A stretch of DNA of 63,528 nucleotides, counting the filler, from Hyphochytrium catenoides (taxonomy: Eukaryota > Protista > Hyphochytriomycota), in assembly GCA_900088475.1 (NCBI GenBank). It is 5 parts of 5 records of this genome, joined end to end, with 100 filler letters (N's around TTAATTAATTAA, not from the genome) between each part and the next. Parts side by side here need not be neighbours in the genome. Positions count along the whole stretch, not along the records: positions 42,030 to 60,285 come from FLMG01003081.1; 4 more parts are not named here. The stretch is one strand, 5' to 3'. Under the pieces are notes generated by a model. That model was not told the origin of the DNA. It worked only from the letters and a program-made list of their open reading frames with translations, and made no database searches. The translations under genes and the position numbers were made by a program. This document shows positions 45,474 to 59,064 of the stretch, piece after piece (position 1 is the first letter of the stretch; each line of letters opens with the position of its first letter).

Positions 45474-46762
45474 AGAAAAGAAATATGGGGGGCGAGAGAG
45501 AGAGAGAGAGAAAAAGAGAGAGAGAGAGAGAAATGAAGGGTCAAGAAGATATGCCCTCTAAGGTGTCGTCACCTAGGGCACGGGCCAGGGGCGGTCGGAC
45601 CCTAGGACAATCTCTTTGGAATGTTGCTTGTTTCTGATGCCTTGGCGCCTCTACCGCAATCTCCCTTTCTCCCGAGATGTCTCTCTCTCTCTCTTTCTCT
45701 CTCTTCTCTGAGGGAAGAGGATCCTGCAGCGTCCCTCCCTCTGTGACGTTTCTCTCTTTCTCTCTGGCGGGTGTAACATTAGTATCTCTCGTCCGTTTGA
45801 AGCTGCATACACAATCCTTCAACCTTCCATTATAGACGAAAGAAAGATGGAATCTGCATTGCAGAGCCATCATTTCTAACGTATATAGTCTCTACAATGG
45901 TTTCTGTCTCCTTCTTTTGTTTCTCTCTCTCTTCGCAGGGCCATTCTTTCGCTGTCTCTTTGCTCTCTAGCGCCCATTGGTGCTAACACATTCTGGCTCT
46001 ATGGTCTCTCTTTGTTGATTGTTAGAGCTTCACTGGGTTGGTTAGTTCACCGCTGCTAATCTTGCTTAAGCAAGAAGCAACCTCTGCCGAAGTAGCCTTA
46101 TACCTCTCTCTTTTACTCTTCACGTTGTTCTCTCTTCCTCTCTGCCTATGGATCCCTCTTGCTCTGTCCCTCTCTCTTCTAAGGATGCAATGAGTCTTTT
46201 CTCCTTCGTCTGTTACTTTGGACAATGATCTCAATTTCCTGCCTGTCGACCCCTTCGACGGACTCTGCCGAGGCTACGTAGCTCCACAGATCCATTGCAA
46301 ACCATTGCCAGCAAGGGCTTAAGACATTTTTAATGCTCAATGGACCGTGTGCTCGATGGTGAACCCTGCGGCTATGTAGCTTCAAACTCCCTGCTGTGTC
46401 AGTGTGAAAGGGGAGCTTCCATTAAGAATAATGTTCCGAAGATAGGATCTCTGCATCTTAGAATGCTAGTTCTATGTAAGAACCCCCGCCACCTCCTCCG
46501 CTACGGCCCTTTAGCGGAATCTACGATGAGGCCGTTCAGTCCTGCAGAACTGGGGCAAGAGTCTTGACTCTTCCAAGAAAAAGGAAGAAAGGCCCCTTCC
46601 CGGACTTGAATTCTCAGGTCTATATGACTTACGAAGGCGCCCCGGACCCACGAAGAAGACTAACCGCCCACGGGAAGGTCACAATCGTAAGACAACATGA
46701 CAGTCTCTGCGACCCAAGCAACACGCTTACAATGCTTATCCATAAAGGCTACCTACTCCTGC

Positions 46763-47141
46763 CGCCAGAGCTACTGATGAAGGTAAACCGAGTCCAGATG
46801 ATGAGGTTCGGCAGTGTCTGAATCGTGCACGTGCATTCTGTTACCGGCGCTTCCTCTCCAGTGTGAAAGAGGAGGTTCTATGTTCTCCCTATATAGTCTA
46901 TATACCTCCGTGAAGGCTCTCATTGAAGCCTGCGCCACCTTCACTTTTGGCGCCAGAGCTAATGATGAAGGTAAACCGAGTCCAGATGATGAGGTTCGGC
47001 AGTGTCTGAATCGTACACGTGCATTCTGTTACCGGCGCTTCCTCTCCAGTGTGGAAGAGGAGGTTCTATGTTCTCCCTATATAGTCTATTTAACTCCGTG
47101 AAGGCGCTCATTGAAGCCTGCGCCACCTTCACTTTTGGCGC
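46763..47141. repeat. Direct tandem duplication, two copies of a 188-bp unit
   Basis: cgccagagcta(c/a)tgatgaaggtaaaccgagtccag...cttcacttttggcgc occurs at 46763 and 46951 with only scattered substitutions. Confidence 0.95.
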
Positions 47142-48945
47142 TCGCGGCCTTCCATGGCAGTGAACGCTCACGGATAGGCGGTGCATTCACAGGTCTGATA
47201 AACGTTGAGAACACAAGACCAGGAAGAGATCTTCCTTCCGTTTTTGGTTGAGTCTTGAACGATCTCTAAAACTAAGATTCTTCGCCCAGGTCTGTGAGGG
47301 CTGTCCTTATGATTGCAAACCTATCGTGGTTGTGATGCTGGGGAAGACGAAAGCATCTGCCCAGAGAAGAGGGCAGCGGAAGTTCATCGTCTTTTCCTTA
47401 TCCTGCCTTCTCCTCAGAGTAGACATAAACCTACGCTACTCTCTCCCCTGGAAAGGAGGTCCGCCAGCGAGGGACTGACAAGCCGCGGATTCTTTGACGA
47501 GGACAGAGTAGAGTTGAAGGTGTTAGTACTCAGCATCTATCGAGGACTACGGAAGGACGGGATTGACGGAATGTTGATAACAGCAGTAGCAGAAGGAGAT
47601 TAAGGGGCAGATATAAACTCAGAGGTCAACAGCAGCAGGGGAAGGCGACTGAATGGCAGAGGTTGAAAGCAGAGACCTCTGCAGCAGCAGGAGAAGTACC
47701 AATGACAGCCTCTGTAAAGGCGGACAGCAGAAGATGAAGGCAGACAAAGTCTTCGCTGTATTTTGAAGCTTTGGCCTTCCCGCTCATACATTTAGCGCCG
47801 CTCACGTCTGATGTACAATACTGTAATTGATTATCGAACATATGGTTTCTTGTGTTTAGTTTATTGGCGCTGTGGTCCCACCCACGGGGCGGTTTTAGGC
47901 GCCCATTGACCCAATACAATGCTTATCTTCATTACCTGTAGTTCACCATAATAACATGAAGAATCCATGCACACTAGATTCATGATATCGGCAGAAAAGG
48001 CTCAAGATAGCTGCTAACGCTTTTTATAGTAGGTCATTTTTACTGTATTGTTCAGGGAGTGCTGCTGCTGCCACGTGGGGTGCAGGTGATGTGGCCCTTG
48101 AATAGCAGGATGGCGGACTATAGAGCGCATTGGACAATGGTTGATTTTTAGGCCGAGTCCTCTAATTTGTAATGGAGGAGTATTTCTTACTAAGCATCAT
48201 GTTTAGGGCATTGATCATAGATTAAGTAGGAAGCGGGCAGACTTTTGTTATTTTTGTGATTCTCACAGACCGTCGTGACGCATCACGCATCACCGTTTCT
48301 GGCGTAGTTATGAATGAAACAGACTTTTAGGGAAGAAGAGAAAGACCCTCAAAGAGAGGAATAAAACCATAGGCTATGGAGGGTTAACGCACGAGACAGA
48401 CTCGACATAAGATAACAAGTGCCTCGAAGAGGTAGAGAGCTATCAGGAGGAGAGAGATAGCTTGACATTGAGACAGAGCGACGAAGGGATAGGCATTCAG
48501 AAGGGCTTTCATATATCCAAGCTCGAAACAGAAGGATGATGGAATAAGCTTAGAGCCGTGAGACAGAGTGTCCAGAAAGTAGTAGGAAGAGTGCCTCAGA
48601 GAAGAGAGACAGAGACAAAATGCCGTTGTGAAACAGAGAAGGCAGAAAGACAGAGTGCGGAGGAGCGTCACTATATTGCGATTTGCGAACAGACCATTTG
48701 CGCCCACATTTCAGAGCTTCAGAAGCTGCAGAATAGAAATCTAGAGCTTTCTCACGAAGCTATTACGTAGAGTTTGATACTGTTTACCAGATTTAGCGCC
48801 ATCTTCAGTTAAGTTGGGCGAAGGAGACCTAGCGGGTGATTTGAGAGAGGCAATAGCATAATCCTCGTTAAGCTTCAGCTGGGTAACGTTTGACGGGAGC
48901 GCAAAAGGAGGTCATAGCGGGAGGGCAGAACGTTCTGCGGGTGCA

Positions 48946-50753
48946 ATGGAAGCAGCACGTGATCAAGTCGATGCAGGTGTACCAGAACCACCAAAAAGCG
49001 ACCCAATGCTGCCATGCGCCACTGATGAGGCTGAAGGCGAGAGGGCGGAGCTTGCCAATGTTATCGTGAGAAACGTCTATCAGTCAGAAGAAAGATTAGA
49101 GATGTCTATCCCTCTCTCCTGTTCCATCATGGACCTGAAGAATAAAATCTACGAGAGCAAAACATTCTCTGATCTCAGCAATTCTGACCCATCCCAGCAG
49201 CGACTGATATTCTGTGGAAAGGTCTGCAAGGATGAGACCTCACTGTCAGAGGTGTTGAGCCTGGTACGTCCTGCTCGTCTTCTCCACCTCCAATATGCCT
49301 ACAGCATCTTGTTGTCAATTACTGCGGTAGCAGAGTTAGCCTTTGCCTCCTTCCTTATACGCTGTTCAAGCATTACCATTAGCTGCTAACCTGTCTTCGA
49401 CAGATGAACCATCGTACTCCTCAAACGTTCCATCTGATCATTACTCGGCCGAAGCTCGCGACAGCTCAATTGCGCACTCCAGTAAGGGCACGAACAGTGC
49501 CCCGTCCCGCTCCTGCTCCCAGTGTCCCTCCTCCAGCTTCGGCACCTGCACCAAGAGAGAGAACAGATGCCCCTTCTCCTTCTCCGTCTTTCTCTTCCTC
49601 TTCACAAACCGCCCAAGCCCAGAGACGGACAGAGGAAGAGGAGAGGGAGAGACAGAAGAGGGCCATGCTCCAAAAAGCACTTGGAGACCTTCAGGCTCAG
49701 TTCGTACAACTTCAGAGCTTAGCAGCTGGTGCCAGCCAAGGAGGAGATGTCGAGACCAAAGAAGAGGACAAGTCAAGGACGAAGGAAGAGAAAGAAGACA
49801 GAGAGGGCAAAGAGAGACAGCGGCTTCTATTCCTTCAGCAGCAGCAGTTGGCCTACCAGCAGGCGCTTCTCTATCAGCAGCAGGCTCTTTTGTCTTACCA
49901 GTATCTTCAGTTCCAACTCTTCCTGCAACAAATTAGTGGACTAGGCGTTCCCTTCCCCAGACCTTCCGTAGGACCTTCTCTCGTCCCAGGGGCCCCAGGC
50001 AATGTTGCACCGACTGCAGCAGGGAGAGAAGAGAGAGAGAGAACTGCAGAGAGAGAGAGAAGAGTACTTAACCGGGAACAACTCGCACAGTACTTTGACG
50101 TGAAGCTCTTAGTTAAGCTGGTGCTGATGGTGATACTTCTTGGACAAGACGGAAACGTGGATAAAATTGTTTCTCTTATTATGGTGGCGGTCGCCGTTTA
50201 CATGTAAGTGGAGTGGTTAATTGAAGAGGACGCGGAGAGAGAGTCGAGCTAACTCTTCTTAGAAGAGTGCCAGAATGAGTCTGAACGCCCTTGTCTTCTC
50301 CCTTGATTTGGCAGGTATCAGTCGGGTATGCTCCGTCTCTTGCAAGAGCGAGTTCTTCGCGGCCAGCTGGATAATGGTCAGGTGAGTATTGGATACTCTT
50401 GTCTTTGTCGTGATGCGTAAGCAGTGGCTTTTGTTCTCTGTCTCTCACTAGCATATTGCACGTCAGTCTCTCTGTCTTTCTCTGCGTAGCTCTCTTCCAG
50501 CATATCCCTCTTTGCTTTCTCTCTGGCCCTTGCTGTGGTGTCTATAATGTCTAAGTTGTTCCTCTCTCTTCTCAAGGCTGCGCACCCCTTGCCAAACAAC
50601 CTTCGTCGATTGTCCGCTGTCCCAACTCAGCCGGGACTCTTGCATGACATCCATTCCCTCTTTTGCGGTCTCTGTCTCTCTCTTTATCCGGGCTGGAGGC
50701 CGGAGCCTTTAGCAGCTGCTCCTCCTGTTCAGCCTGCGCAGAACGCCAATTAA
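48946..50753 (+). CDS. HERP-like ER membrane protein with N-terminal ubiquitin-like domain, four exons
   Basis: UBL (SIMDLKNKIY...QQRLIFCGKVCKD...TFHLII), Pro- and Gln-rich linker, membrane hairpin (FDVKLLVKLVLMVILLGQDG...VAVAVYM|YQSG) and C-terminal LFCGLCLSLYPGW, the layout of HERPUD/Usa1-type proteins. Splice phases are consistent. Confidence 0.75.
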
Positions 50754-52228
50754 TCGATGGACGTGGAGGAGAGCATGCAAGAACGAAAGAGAGCGATTGG
50801 GATAAATTCCGATCTTCCTGGCTGACGATTTCCAGATTGCACAAAGAATGAAAGAGAGAGGACCAAAACTTATTCTACGGATCCTCTTTCTGCACTCTCA
50901 CTCTCCATTTTCTCTTCAACTTCCTGATTGCTCCTCCTTGTGCGCCTTCGGTCTGCCAGACTTGGTATCTCTTTCCCTCTAGCGCTGCCCATAACTTATT
51001 TCTCCTCTCTCTCTTTACACTGCGAAAAGGCACTTGCCCTGCCAGGAGAAAGAGACAAAGTTCGTCTTGCTGGGCTTCTCAGGTTATAAGGACTCTACTA
51101 TAAATCTACGCCAAGCAGAAAGAGAGAGGGCGATATTTGCCAATAAATCTGTTTTCTTTCTTCTTTACAGCGAGTCAAACAGTCTACTTCTTCTTCTCTC
51201 TCTCTCTCTCTCTCCTTTCTCTCTCTCTCTCTCTCCTTTCTCTCTCTCTCTCTCACCCACAGTTCCCTCTCACTTCTTTTCATGAAAGAGAAGCCCTCCT
51301 ACTATTCCAACCTCTATGTCTTTTTAAAAGTCGCCATACTCCACTGATCAGCCGAACCCAATGACTTTAAACATCTAGACCGGACAATAGTCGCTCCTCC
51401 CTCGGGCAGAACAGCGATGGAGTCCATCTCACTCACTAGGGAACGGTCATACAGTTTTTTGGAGAGAGAAGAGATCGCCCAAAAGCGAGAGAGAGAGAGA
51501 AGAAGAGTTCAATGCGGTGCTAAACAGATTCTCAGCTCAAGAGTTCACCTCGCAAGGAAAGAACTGTAAAAGCATTTTTAGCCCATCAAGAAGCTGCTGC
51601 TTCTGGGTCTAAGGGTACCGGGGGATGGACGTTCTTTCTTTCTTCTCCTTCTTTCTCGTCTCAAAGTCTCGTTGCTACATGGTCATCTTCTACCTGGTCT
51701 CCTCCATCATGTGTGCCTTCCTCTTTAGCTCCATCTCCTTGCCCATTATTAACTGCTCTCTCTTCCTGCCGATTGCTGTTCAACTTATCAACATCAACAG
51801 CAGCAGAACCGCCTTTCTTCGTTCAGATACTCTTCTTATCTTATGCCTCCTTTCTGGCCTACTCTAAGCGACAGAACCATGTGAGACACCGCTAATCCAG
51901 AGACAAAGAAGTGATCGGTCATTTGCAGGCACTGCCCATCGACAGTGGTCTCTTGTGGCGCGTGAGTAGCTCTTTAGATGGTTGCACTGTGTCTTCTCAT
52001 TGCTGTTTATATACAGTCTGGCGAAGATTTACTATTCATCTCTTCGTCGCTCTCTCTTGGTTTCTCATATTTCTTGTGGCTCCCCAGACGTGGAGCGCTA
52101 AGGGTTAGAATCTTTCTCATGCTAGAGCGATTGGGGACGTCTGTCTGTCATACATGATTTTGGTTTTTCTTCTCCCCCAATTCTTTCTCTCTCTCTCTCT
52201 CCCCCTCACTCTCCACGTCTTCTCTCTC

Positions 52229-55200
52229 TTAGCCACCCTTTTTTAACCTTATTGCCCTTACTGCTTTGAACGCTACTTGCCGCGTATAGAGATCCACATT
52301 CACCAGTTCAGCCACGAAAGAGATCCCTCCCTTCGACCGTACAGTGTTCCAGAGAACACTGTCAAACTCCACCTCACAAGGGACAACCTGTCCGAGCTCT
52401 TCAATCCAATAAAGAGGTGCTGAAAAGAGAGCCACTTCATTGAAGCGAGAGCTGAACTCCTCATCTTGCCGCCAGGAAGAGGAAGGAAGGGCGAGAAGTG
52501 GGTGCCCTTTCCTTTTAAACCCCTTTTTAGGGGCATGAGTCAGAGTCAAATGCACTCTCTTTCCTTTCTTGGAAGCCTCAGCCAGCCTCTGGTGCAAGTT
52601 GACCTGAGCCCAGAAGATCTCACTACTAACTGCCATCTGTTCTCGAACACGGAAACAACGCAAGCCTGCTCTCAACGTCGGCTTGATATTGGAGAAGGCA
52701 GGGTTCATGTCTTCATCTAGAGAACGAAGAGGCACATGGAGAGAGAAAGAGAGGGAGTGAGAGAGGGAGTCGGCCGCCACGTCCGCTTGTAAGCAACATG
52801 AACAATAAGAAAGGTGTAGAGGAGAAAGGAGAGAAAAAGAGAGTGTGTCTTCGGTATAAAAGAGAGATTTCCTTGGAGTATAGAGATGGAGATACACACA
52901 GGCACACTCTGTCGGACCGAAAGAGTATAAGAGAGAGAAGACAGACAAGAGAACCTGCCCCAACAAGGCGGGTAAGTACAGGGTCTTGAGAAACGGGAAC
53001 AGAGCAAAGGACGCTTATGCTACTCAAAGGAGGTGAAGGCACCAAGCGTACCTTTCAGTTTGGCTTTAATATAATAATGCACCGCTAGGTCGATATACCG
53101 CCTGAGCGGATAGGTAACTGTGGCATAAGAGAGGAGTCCTAGACTCCCCCGCCGAAGGGCTGGCGATGAACATCTTTGAGAGAAACCCTGTGAGTGAAAG
53201 AGAGAGAGGAGGAGAAAGAGAGAGAGAGAGGGTGAGAAGAGTAAGAAAGCAAGCGAAGGACACCGACGGAAGATGTGATACACGGAGAGGCAGAAGGCCG
53301 CAGAAAGAACTTAGATGTAGCTAAACTCTCAGCGCCTCTTTTGCTCATTCTGCCTTGTACTTTCTCTCATGGTCCAGGGAACCTGAGTCGCTCTTCGACT
53401 TCGCCGCCCTCAGCCTGGTCTGTCCTTTGGTCGTCTCCATTTTGCTAATCATTCAGTGACTCTTGTTCTCTCTCTCTATCCGCTCCTCCCTGTGTCTCCT
53501 TCCCGTGTAACTCTCAATCGACATCGACATTCTCTCCCGTTCCTTACCTCTGTCCAGACATAATTCCTATACTTGATGGGCAGCATATTCGGCCCACAGA
53601 ATCGTCCTGCTAACTCATTGGCAAGCAAGAGGAGCTCTTGTACAATCATTGGGACAGAGCCGTTGGGCGCATAGCCTACGATCGCTTTCACATTGCTTGG
53701 AGGTGGAGCTGGAGAAAGTGGACTCATGGCATCTCTCTCTTCGTCCTCATAATCCAGGAAGACCTGTCTCTCCTTGCCAGCAGGCTTTGGCAATTTGGAC
53801 GTGGTCCGGAAGCGGTACTGTCGCCTTTTCATTGCAAGTCTCTCCACTTCTAAGAGGATAAGCTGTAGAGCGGCAGTGTTTTCTCTTGCGTCTCTCTCTT
53901 CTGGACTCTCTCCTTCGTGTCGTTCTATCTTCTTCGTCAGAAGTGAAATTGCTTCCTCGGAGGTAATGCCTTTCGTCTTTCCCAGCTTGGAAAGGAAGAC
54001 AGAGAAGTCGTTTACGTCCCCACCATCCCCCATCTTTGCAGCAAAAGTGAGGGCAAAGTTCTCTTCATTTTGCTCAGAGAGAGAGAGCCCAATAAGGGCA
54101 GGATGGGAAGGGAGCATGCGGAGAGGGCCCTCAGGAAAGTAGGTGGTGAGGGCTGTCAAAGCCGCGTACTGAAGGAGAGAAACAGACAAAACTATTAGGA
54201 GAGAGTAGGATTATGGGAAGAGAAAGAGGTACAACGGTCAACACGGGAGAATGAGAAAGCAGAGATAGGCGCTTTTTCCTTGGAAATGAAGCTGATACGT
54301 CGGCGAGGAAGAACAGGCAAAAGTTACAGAGACGGAAGGCAGCTAGACCATGGTCCTGAGACAAGAAATACTATCAAACGGGTGGAAAGTGATGGCGAAG
54401 ACGGGACGGGACAAGAGAGATGTAGAAAAGCCGGGGTGACAGTAAGAGAGAGAGAAAGAGAGAGAAAGGAGGAGTAATAGAGAGCAGAGGCATACACATT
54501 AATAGAAGAGAGAGAGAGGGAAGACCATTTGCTAAGACAAAGGGAGATACCGCCAGGAGGCCTCCTGTCTCACCCGATCCACTGGAGAACCCAAGCGTAT
54601 CACTCTGGTAGGATCACAAATATGGAGCAGGATCCAGCGGGATCCGTCCTCTCTCCTCACTATGGAAAAGGCATGATTCGGGATATGGCTGTCGTCTGTG
54701 TCATCCAGAATGTAGAAGGCGGGCGTCTGCCCCAAGTCAGTTCTGAACTCGCTATCTGGATCGGAGAGAAGAGAGAAAGACTCTAACTCTCTCTCTGGTA
54801 CTCTAAGGCTTTGGACGCGTTGTAGCTGTTGATTGAAGAGAGAAGAGATACCGTGAGCAAGAGAAGTATGGGCTGCTCACAGGAAACAGAACGAGAGAGA
54901 GCGAAGAGGGAGGCAAATGCGGATAAAAATAGGATTCAACCACAGAGAAGGCTCCTCAACTCAGAAAGAGGAGAAGAAGGGCAAAGCAAAAACCAAGGAT
55001 TTAAGGTTGGCCAACAGATCTAAAGGAGAGAAAGGACAACAAGGAGAGAGAGAAAGAGATTGAGAGAAGGCCTGGCGAGCTGCAGGATTGTTGAGGACGT
55101 GCAGTTCCTAGGAGGAGGGGAGAAAGAGGAGAGAGAGACAAGGTTGACTATACTCACCTCTCTGGATCCGTAAAGCTCCAGGTTAACATATTTCCCCCAG

Positions 55201-58029
55201 ATGCCTGCGCGCTCCAGAAGCTCAGCTAACTCGTGCGGCCTATTATAATCCAGCCCTAGTGCAGGAGAAAAACATTAGGAGACGACGAAGTGACATTGAG
55301 AGAGACAGAGAGACTTCGCCTCAGGAGAAGGCGGTTCTTAAACACGGCAAAGAGGAACAGGAGAGAGAGAGATGGGTTGTGTGAGACAGACAGAGAGATA
55401 GAGAGAAAGAGAAAGAGAGACAGAGAGAGAGAGATTGAGGAATGTACTTACCAAATCTATCATAGATATGCTTCTGAAGCAAGGGAGGAGGGAATCGAAC
55501 CCCGGGCTGCCAACGGAGAAGTAAATAGGACGATGAGATAACATTAGTGCAGGAAGGGGGCGGCTGCTGTCAATAAGAGAAGAAAGAGAGGTCAAAGAGC
55601 GAAGGAGAGAGAGAGAGAAAGAGCGAATAAAAGAAGAGAGACAGTTTGAGCATTATTTCAGCTTTTGACCTTACCCACTGCTGAAAGGCTCGGCAGAGGT
55701 ATCCTGCTATACTCGACACAACGGGGCGGAAGAACCTCAAGTCTTGCTTCTCTTCCTCGCTCTCTCTCTCCTCGCTTCGTTGGCTCCTCTTCTTCCATTC
55801 TTCTTTCTTCAAAATAGCTTCTAACCAGTTGGCAAAGTGAACAACGAGGTAGAGGGGAGCCTTCACATCACCGCTACCTACGTCACCCTCCTGGGAGAGA
55901 GCATCAAACAAACAGAGAGACAGGTAGGGAGGTGAGAACACACAGAAAGAGGCGAGACAATGAAAGAATTAGAGTCCAAGAGATCAGCACTGGACTATGG
56001 GTAGGGACAGACGCAGAGGGCGAGAGAAGACAAACAATAGGAGAAGGGAACAGAGATGCTCTCCTGCTCTCTCTTTCTCTCTCTCTCTCTTTCTTTCTCT
56101 CTCATAGAGACAGAACAGAGAGACAGAGCATCAAAACGCCCATCCTCAGTGCATCGGACCAAGGCTAGGCGACTCTCCTTATACCAGGGTAGATAGAGAA
56201 AGCAGGGGAAGAGAAGAGAGATAGCGCAGGAGGTCAACCGGAAGGAGAAAGGTGTGCGCTTGAGGAAAGAGAGGAAAAGAAGAGAGCCAGTAAAGGGTGA
56301 AAGAGCACAAGAGTAAAGAGTAAGAGAGGCGATCCTACATCAACATCTTGTGCCGCAACTCTCCAGGGCAAATCTGCTAAGAGCTGATCCTCGCGAAGAG
56401 ACATATTGTCTTTCATAAACGAGTCCGAGGAAGAAAGAAAGCGGTGCACCACGAATCGTCTAAATATCTCCCTAAACTCTAGATCTTCCTTCCCACCGCT
56501 TACGCTCTCTCTCTTGTCCAGAAACGCCTCACACGCAGCTGCGAGAAGCGTCCAATGCGCTCTTTCTCTCTCCTGGTTGACACTTCTCATTCCTTCTTCA
56601 GTTCCCAGAGATCGTGAGAGGAAGGATGCAGCAAATGCGAGCCGCCTGTCAGCTTCTGTTCTCAACTCTTTGTCCGTAGAGGATTCCTCAGTGAGGGAGA
56701 AAATAGAAGCAGAAGAGCGAGGGAGAGAGGGAGGAAAGAAAAGAAGATCGACTGCTTCGTCCAGACTAAACGTCTCTCTCTTCAGCGCCCTAAGGAGATC
56801 GAGAAGCTCCTCCTCGCACTTCGTAGCATATATATTCATAGGGAGATCGCACATCCTTGCTAAGAAAACTCTATAGTCCTGAAAAGAAGAGAGATACAAC
56901 CAGAGATAAGAGCCAAGAAAGAATCAAGAAGAGTGACACGANNNNNNNNNNNNNNNNNNNNNNNNNNNNNNNNNNNNNNNNNNNNNNNNNNNNNNNNNNN
57001 NNNNNNNNNNNNNNNNNNNNNNNNNNNNNNNNNNNNNNNNNNNNNNNNNNNNNNNNNNNNNNNNNNNNNNNNNNNNNNNNNNNNNNNNNNNNNNNNNNNN
57101 NNNNNNNNNNNNNNNNNNNNNNNNNNNNNNNNNNNNNNNNNNNNNNNNNNNNNNNNNNNNNNNNNNNNNNNNNNNNNNNNNNNNNNNNNNNNNNNNNNNN
57201 NNNNNNNNNNNNNNNNNNNNNNNNNNNNNNNNNNNNNNNTCTCTCTGTCACCATCTCTCCTTCCCGCACTGTCTCTCTCTCATTCTCCCCACCCCCCCTC
57301 CTCTCTCTCTCTCTCTCTCACACTGTCACCAGTATCTTCTCTAGAAGGCCCCTCAACCGGGCTCGTCGGCTTCTTACCTGATAAGCTTGATAGAGTAGCT
57401 TACTAACCGTCCTTCCTGACCGTACTTTGGGTGGCGGATGGTAAAAGGAGACGGCTTTCCCATCGAGCTGGAGGAGAAAGAAGGAGGGGAAGATGTACAT
57501 CGAGAGAAAGAGAGATGTAGAGAGAGACACACACAGAGAGAAGGGAAGTCAGAGAGAAGAGACAGGAAGCAGAGAGAGGATGGGAGAGACGGAAACGACG
57601 GAGGGGAGAGAAACAGAGAGAGATGGGAGAAAAAGAGTGATGGGTGAGAGAATGATCTGGAAAAGAGGAAACGTGAGAGAGAGAGAGTAAGAGAGAGAGN
57701 NNNNNNNNNNNNNNNNNNNNNNNNNNNNNNNNNNNNNNNNNNNNNNNNNNNNNNNNNNNNNNNNGAGAGAGAGAGAGAGAGAGAGATCCAACCCTCCGGG
57801 AGGGACCCCAGGAAGGTGCACAAAGCAGAGGAATGTAGCTGGCAAACAACAACAGTTGGGGAGAAGAAAGGAACCAGAAGAGAGAGGTTTCAGCCACAAT
57901 AAGGCTGAGTCTGAACTGTATATAAAAGGGAGCGGAGTGTAGTATACAGGGAAAGAGAGAGAGAGAGAGGAGAGAGAGAGGAAAGTGCACAAAGAGAGAA
58001 GAAAGAGCGAGAGGGAAGAGAGAGAGTGG

Positions 58030-58071
<42 letters not shown>

Positions 58072-58621
58072 AAAGAAAAGGAATAAAGTACCGCCGAAAC
58101 GATGTGGAGGTCTTGTCTGCACTCAAAGAACCGCATAGGGCTATCAGCAGATCGCTGAGAGGAAGAAGCAGAAACACCAATAAGAGAGAGGGGTAGAGTT
58201 AGAGAGAGACACAGAGACTTGGACAAAGAGAGAGAGAGAGGAGAAGGAAAAGACTTCGGAAAGGATAGGTAGGAGAGAGAGAGAATTGTGTGGCGAGAGA
58301 CTAGCAACAATGCCGAAAGTCAGAGGGAGCTACGCAGGGAAGAGAGAAGGTATGAAGCACAGAGACACTAAAAGAGAGAGAGAGTAAGAGAGAGAGTCAG
58401 AGAGAGAGAGAGAGAGAGAGCAAGAGAGAGAGAGAGAGAAAGAGAGGAGAAGGGAGCACAAGGAATAAGAGCTAACAGAGAGGCTGTAAGGTGGACAGTA
58501 CCCTATCTCGAAGGTACCCCAGCGAGGGCTGAAAGGGAGGGTTCCCTAGTCTCCTACATCAACAGAACATTTCCCAAAGTTAACCGCGCAGCGGCGGAGA
58601 TAAAGGGAGAATAATAGGGGT

Positions 58622-58657
<36 letters not shown>

Positions 58658-59017
58658 CAGAGGTGAGAGACGGGGTGAAAGAGAAATAGCTGGATTTAGT
58701 ACAAAGAGGTGACAAGGGAAACAAGGGACATCATCAAGAGAGAAAGAGAGAGAGACAAAGAGTGATGGTCTCTCCGATACTTACTCTATAATGGCCTCCG
58801 GAGGAAGAGAAACCCCGGGGCCTCTTAAAGCCTGAGACTGTCCTTTCTCGCCCGTCTCTGCTGTAGAGGAGCATGACAGTGCAGGGAAAGAGAAAACGGA
58901 AGGTTAACCAGAGAAGACATAGCGAGCAAGTTCAAAAAGAGAGAGAGAGGGGGAGGGAGAGAGAGAGACAGAGAGAGGCATAGCGAGCAAGTTCAAAAAG
59001 AGAGAGAGAGAGGGAGG

Positions 59018-59064
<47 letters not shown>

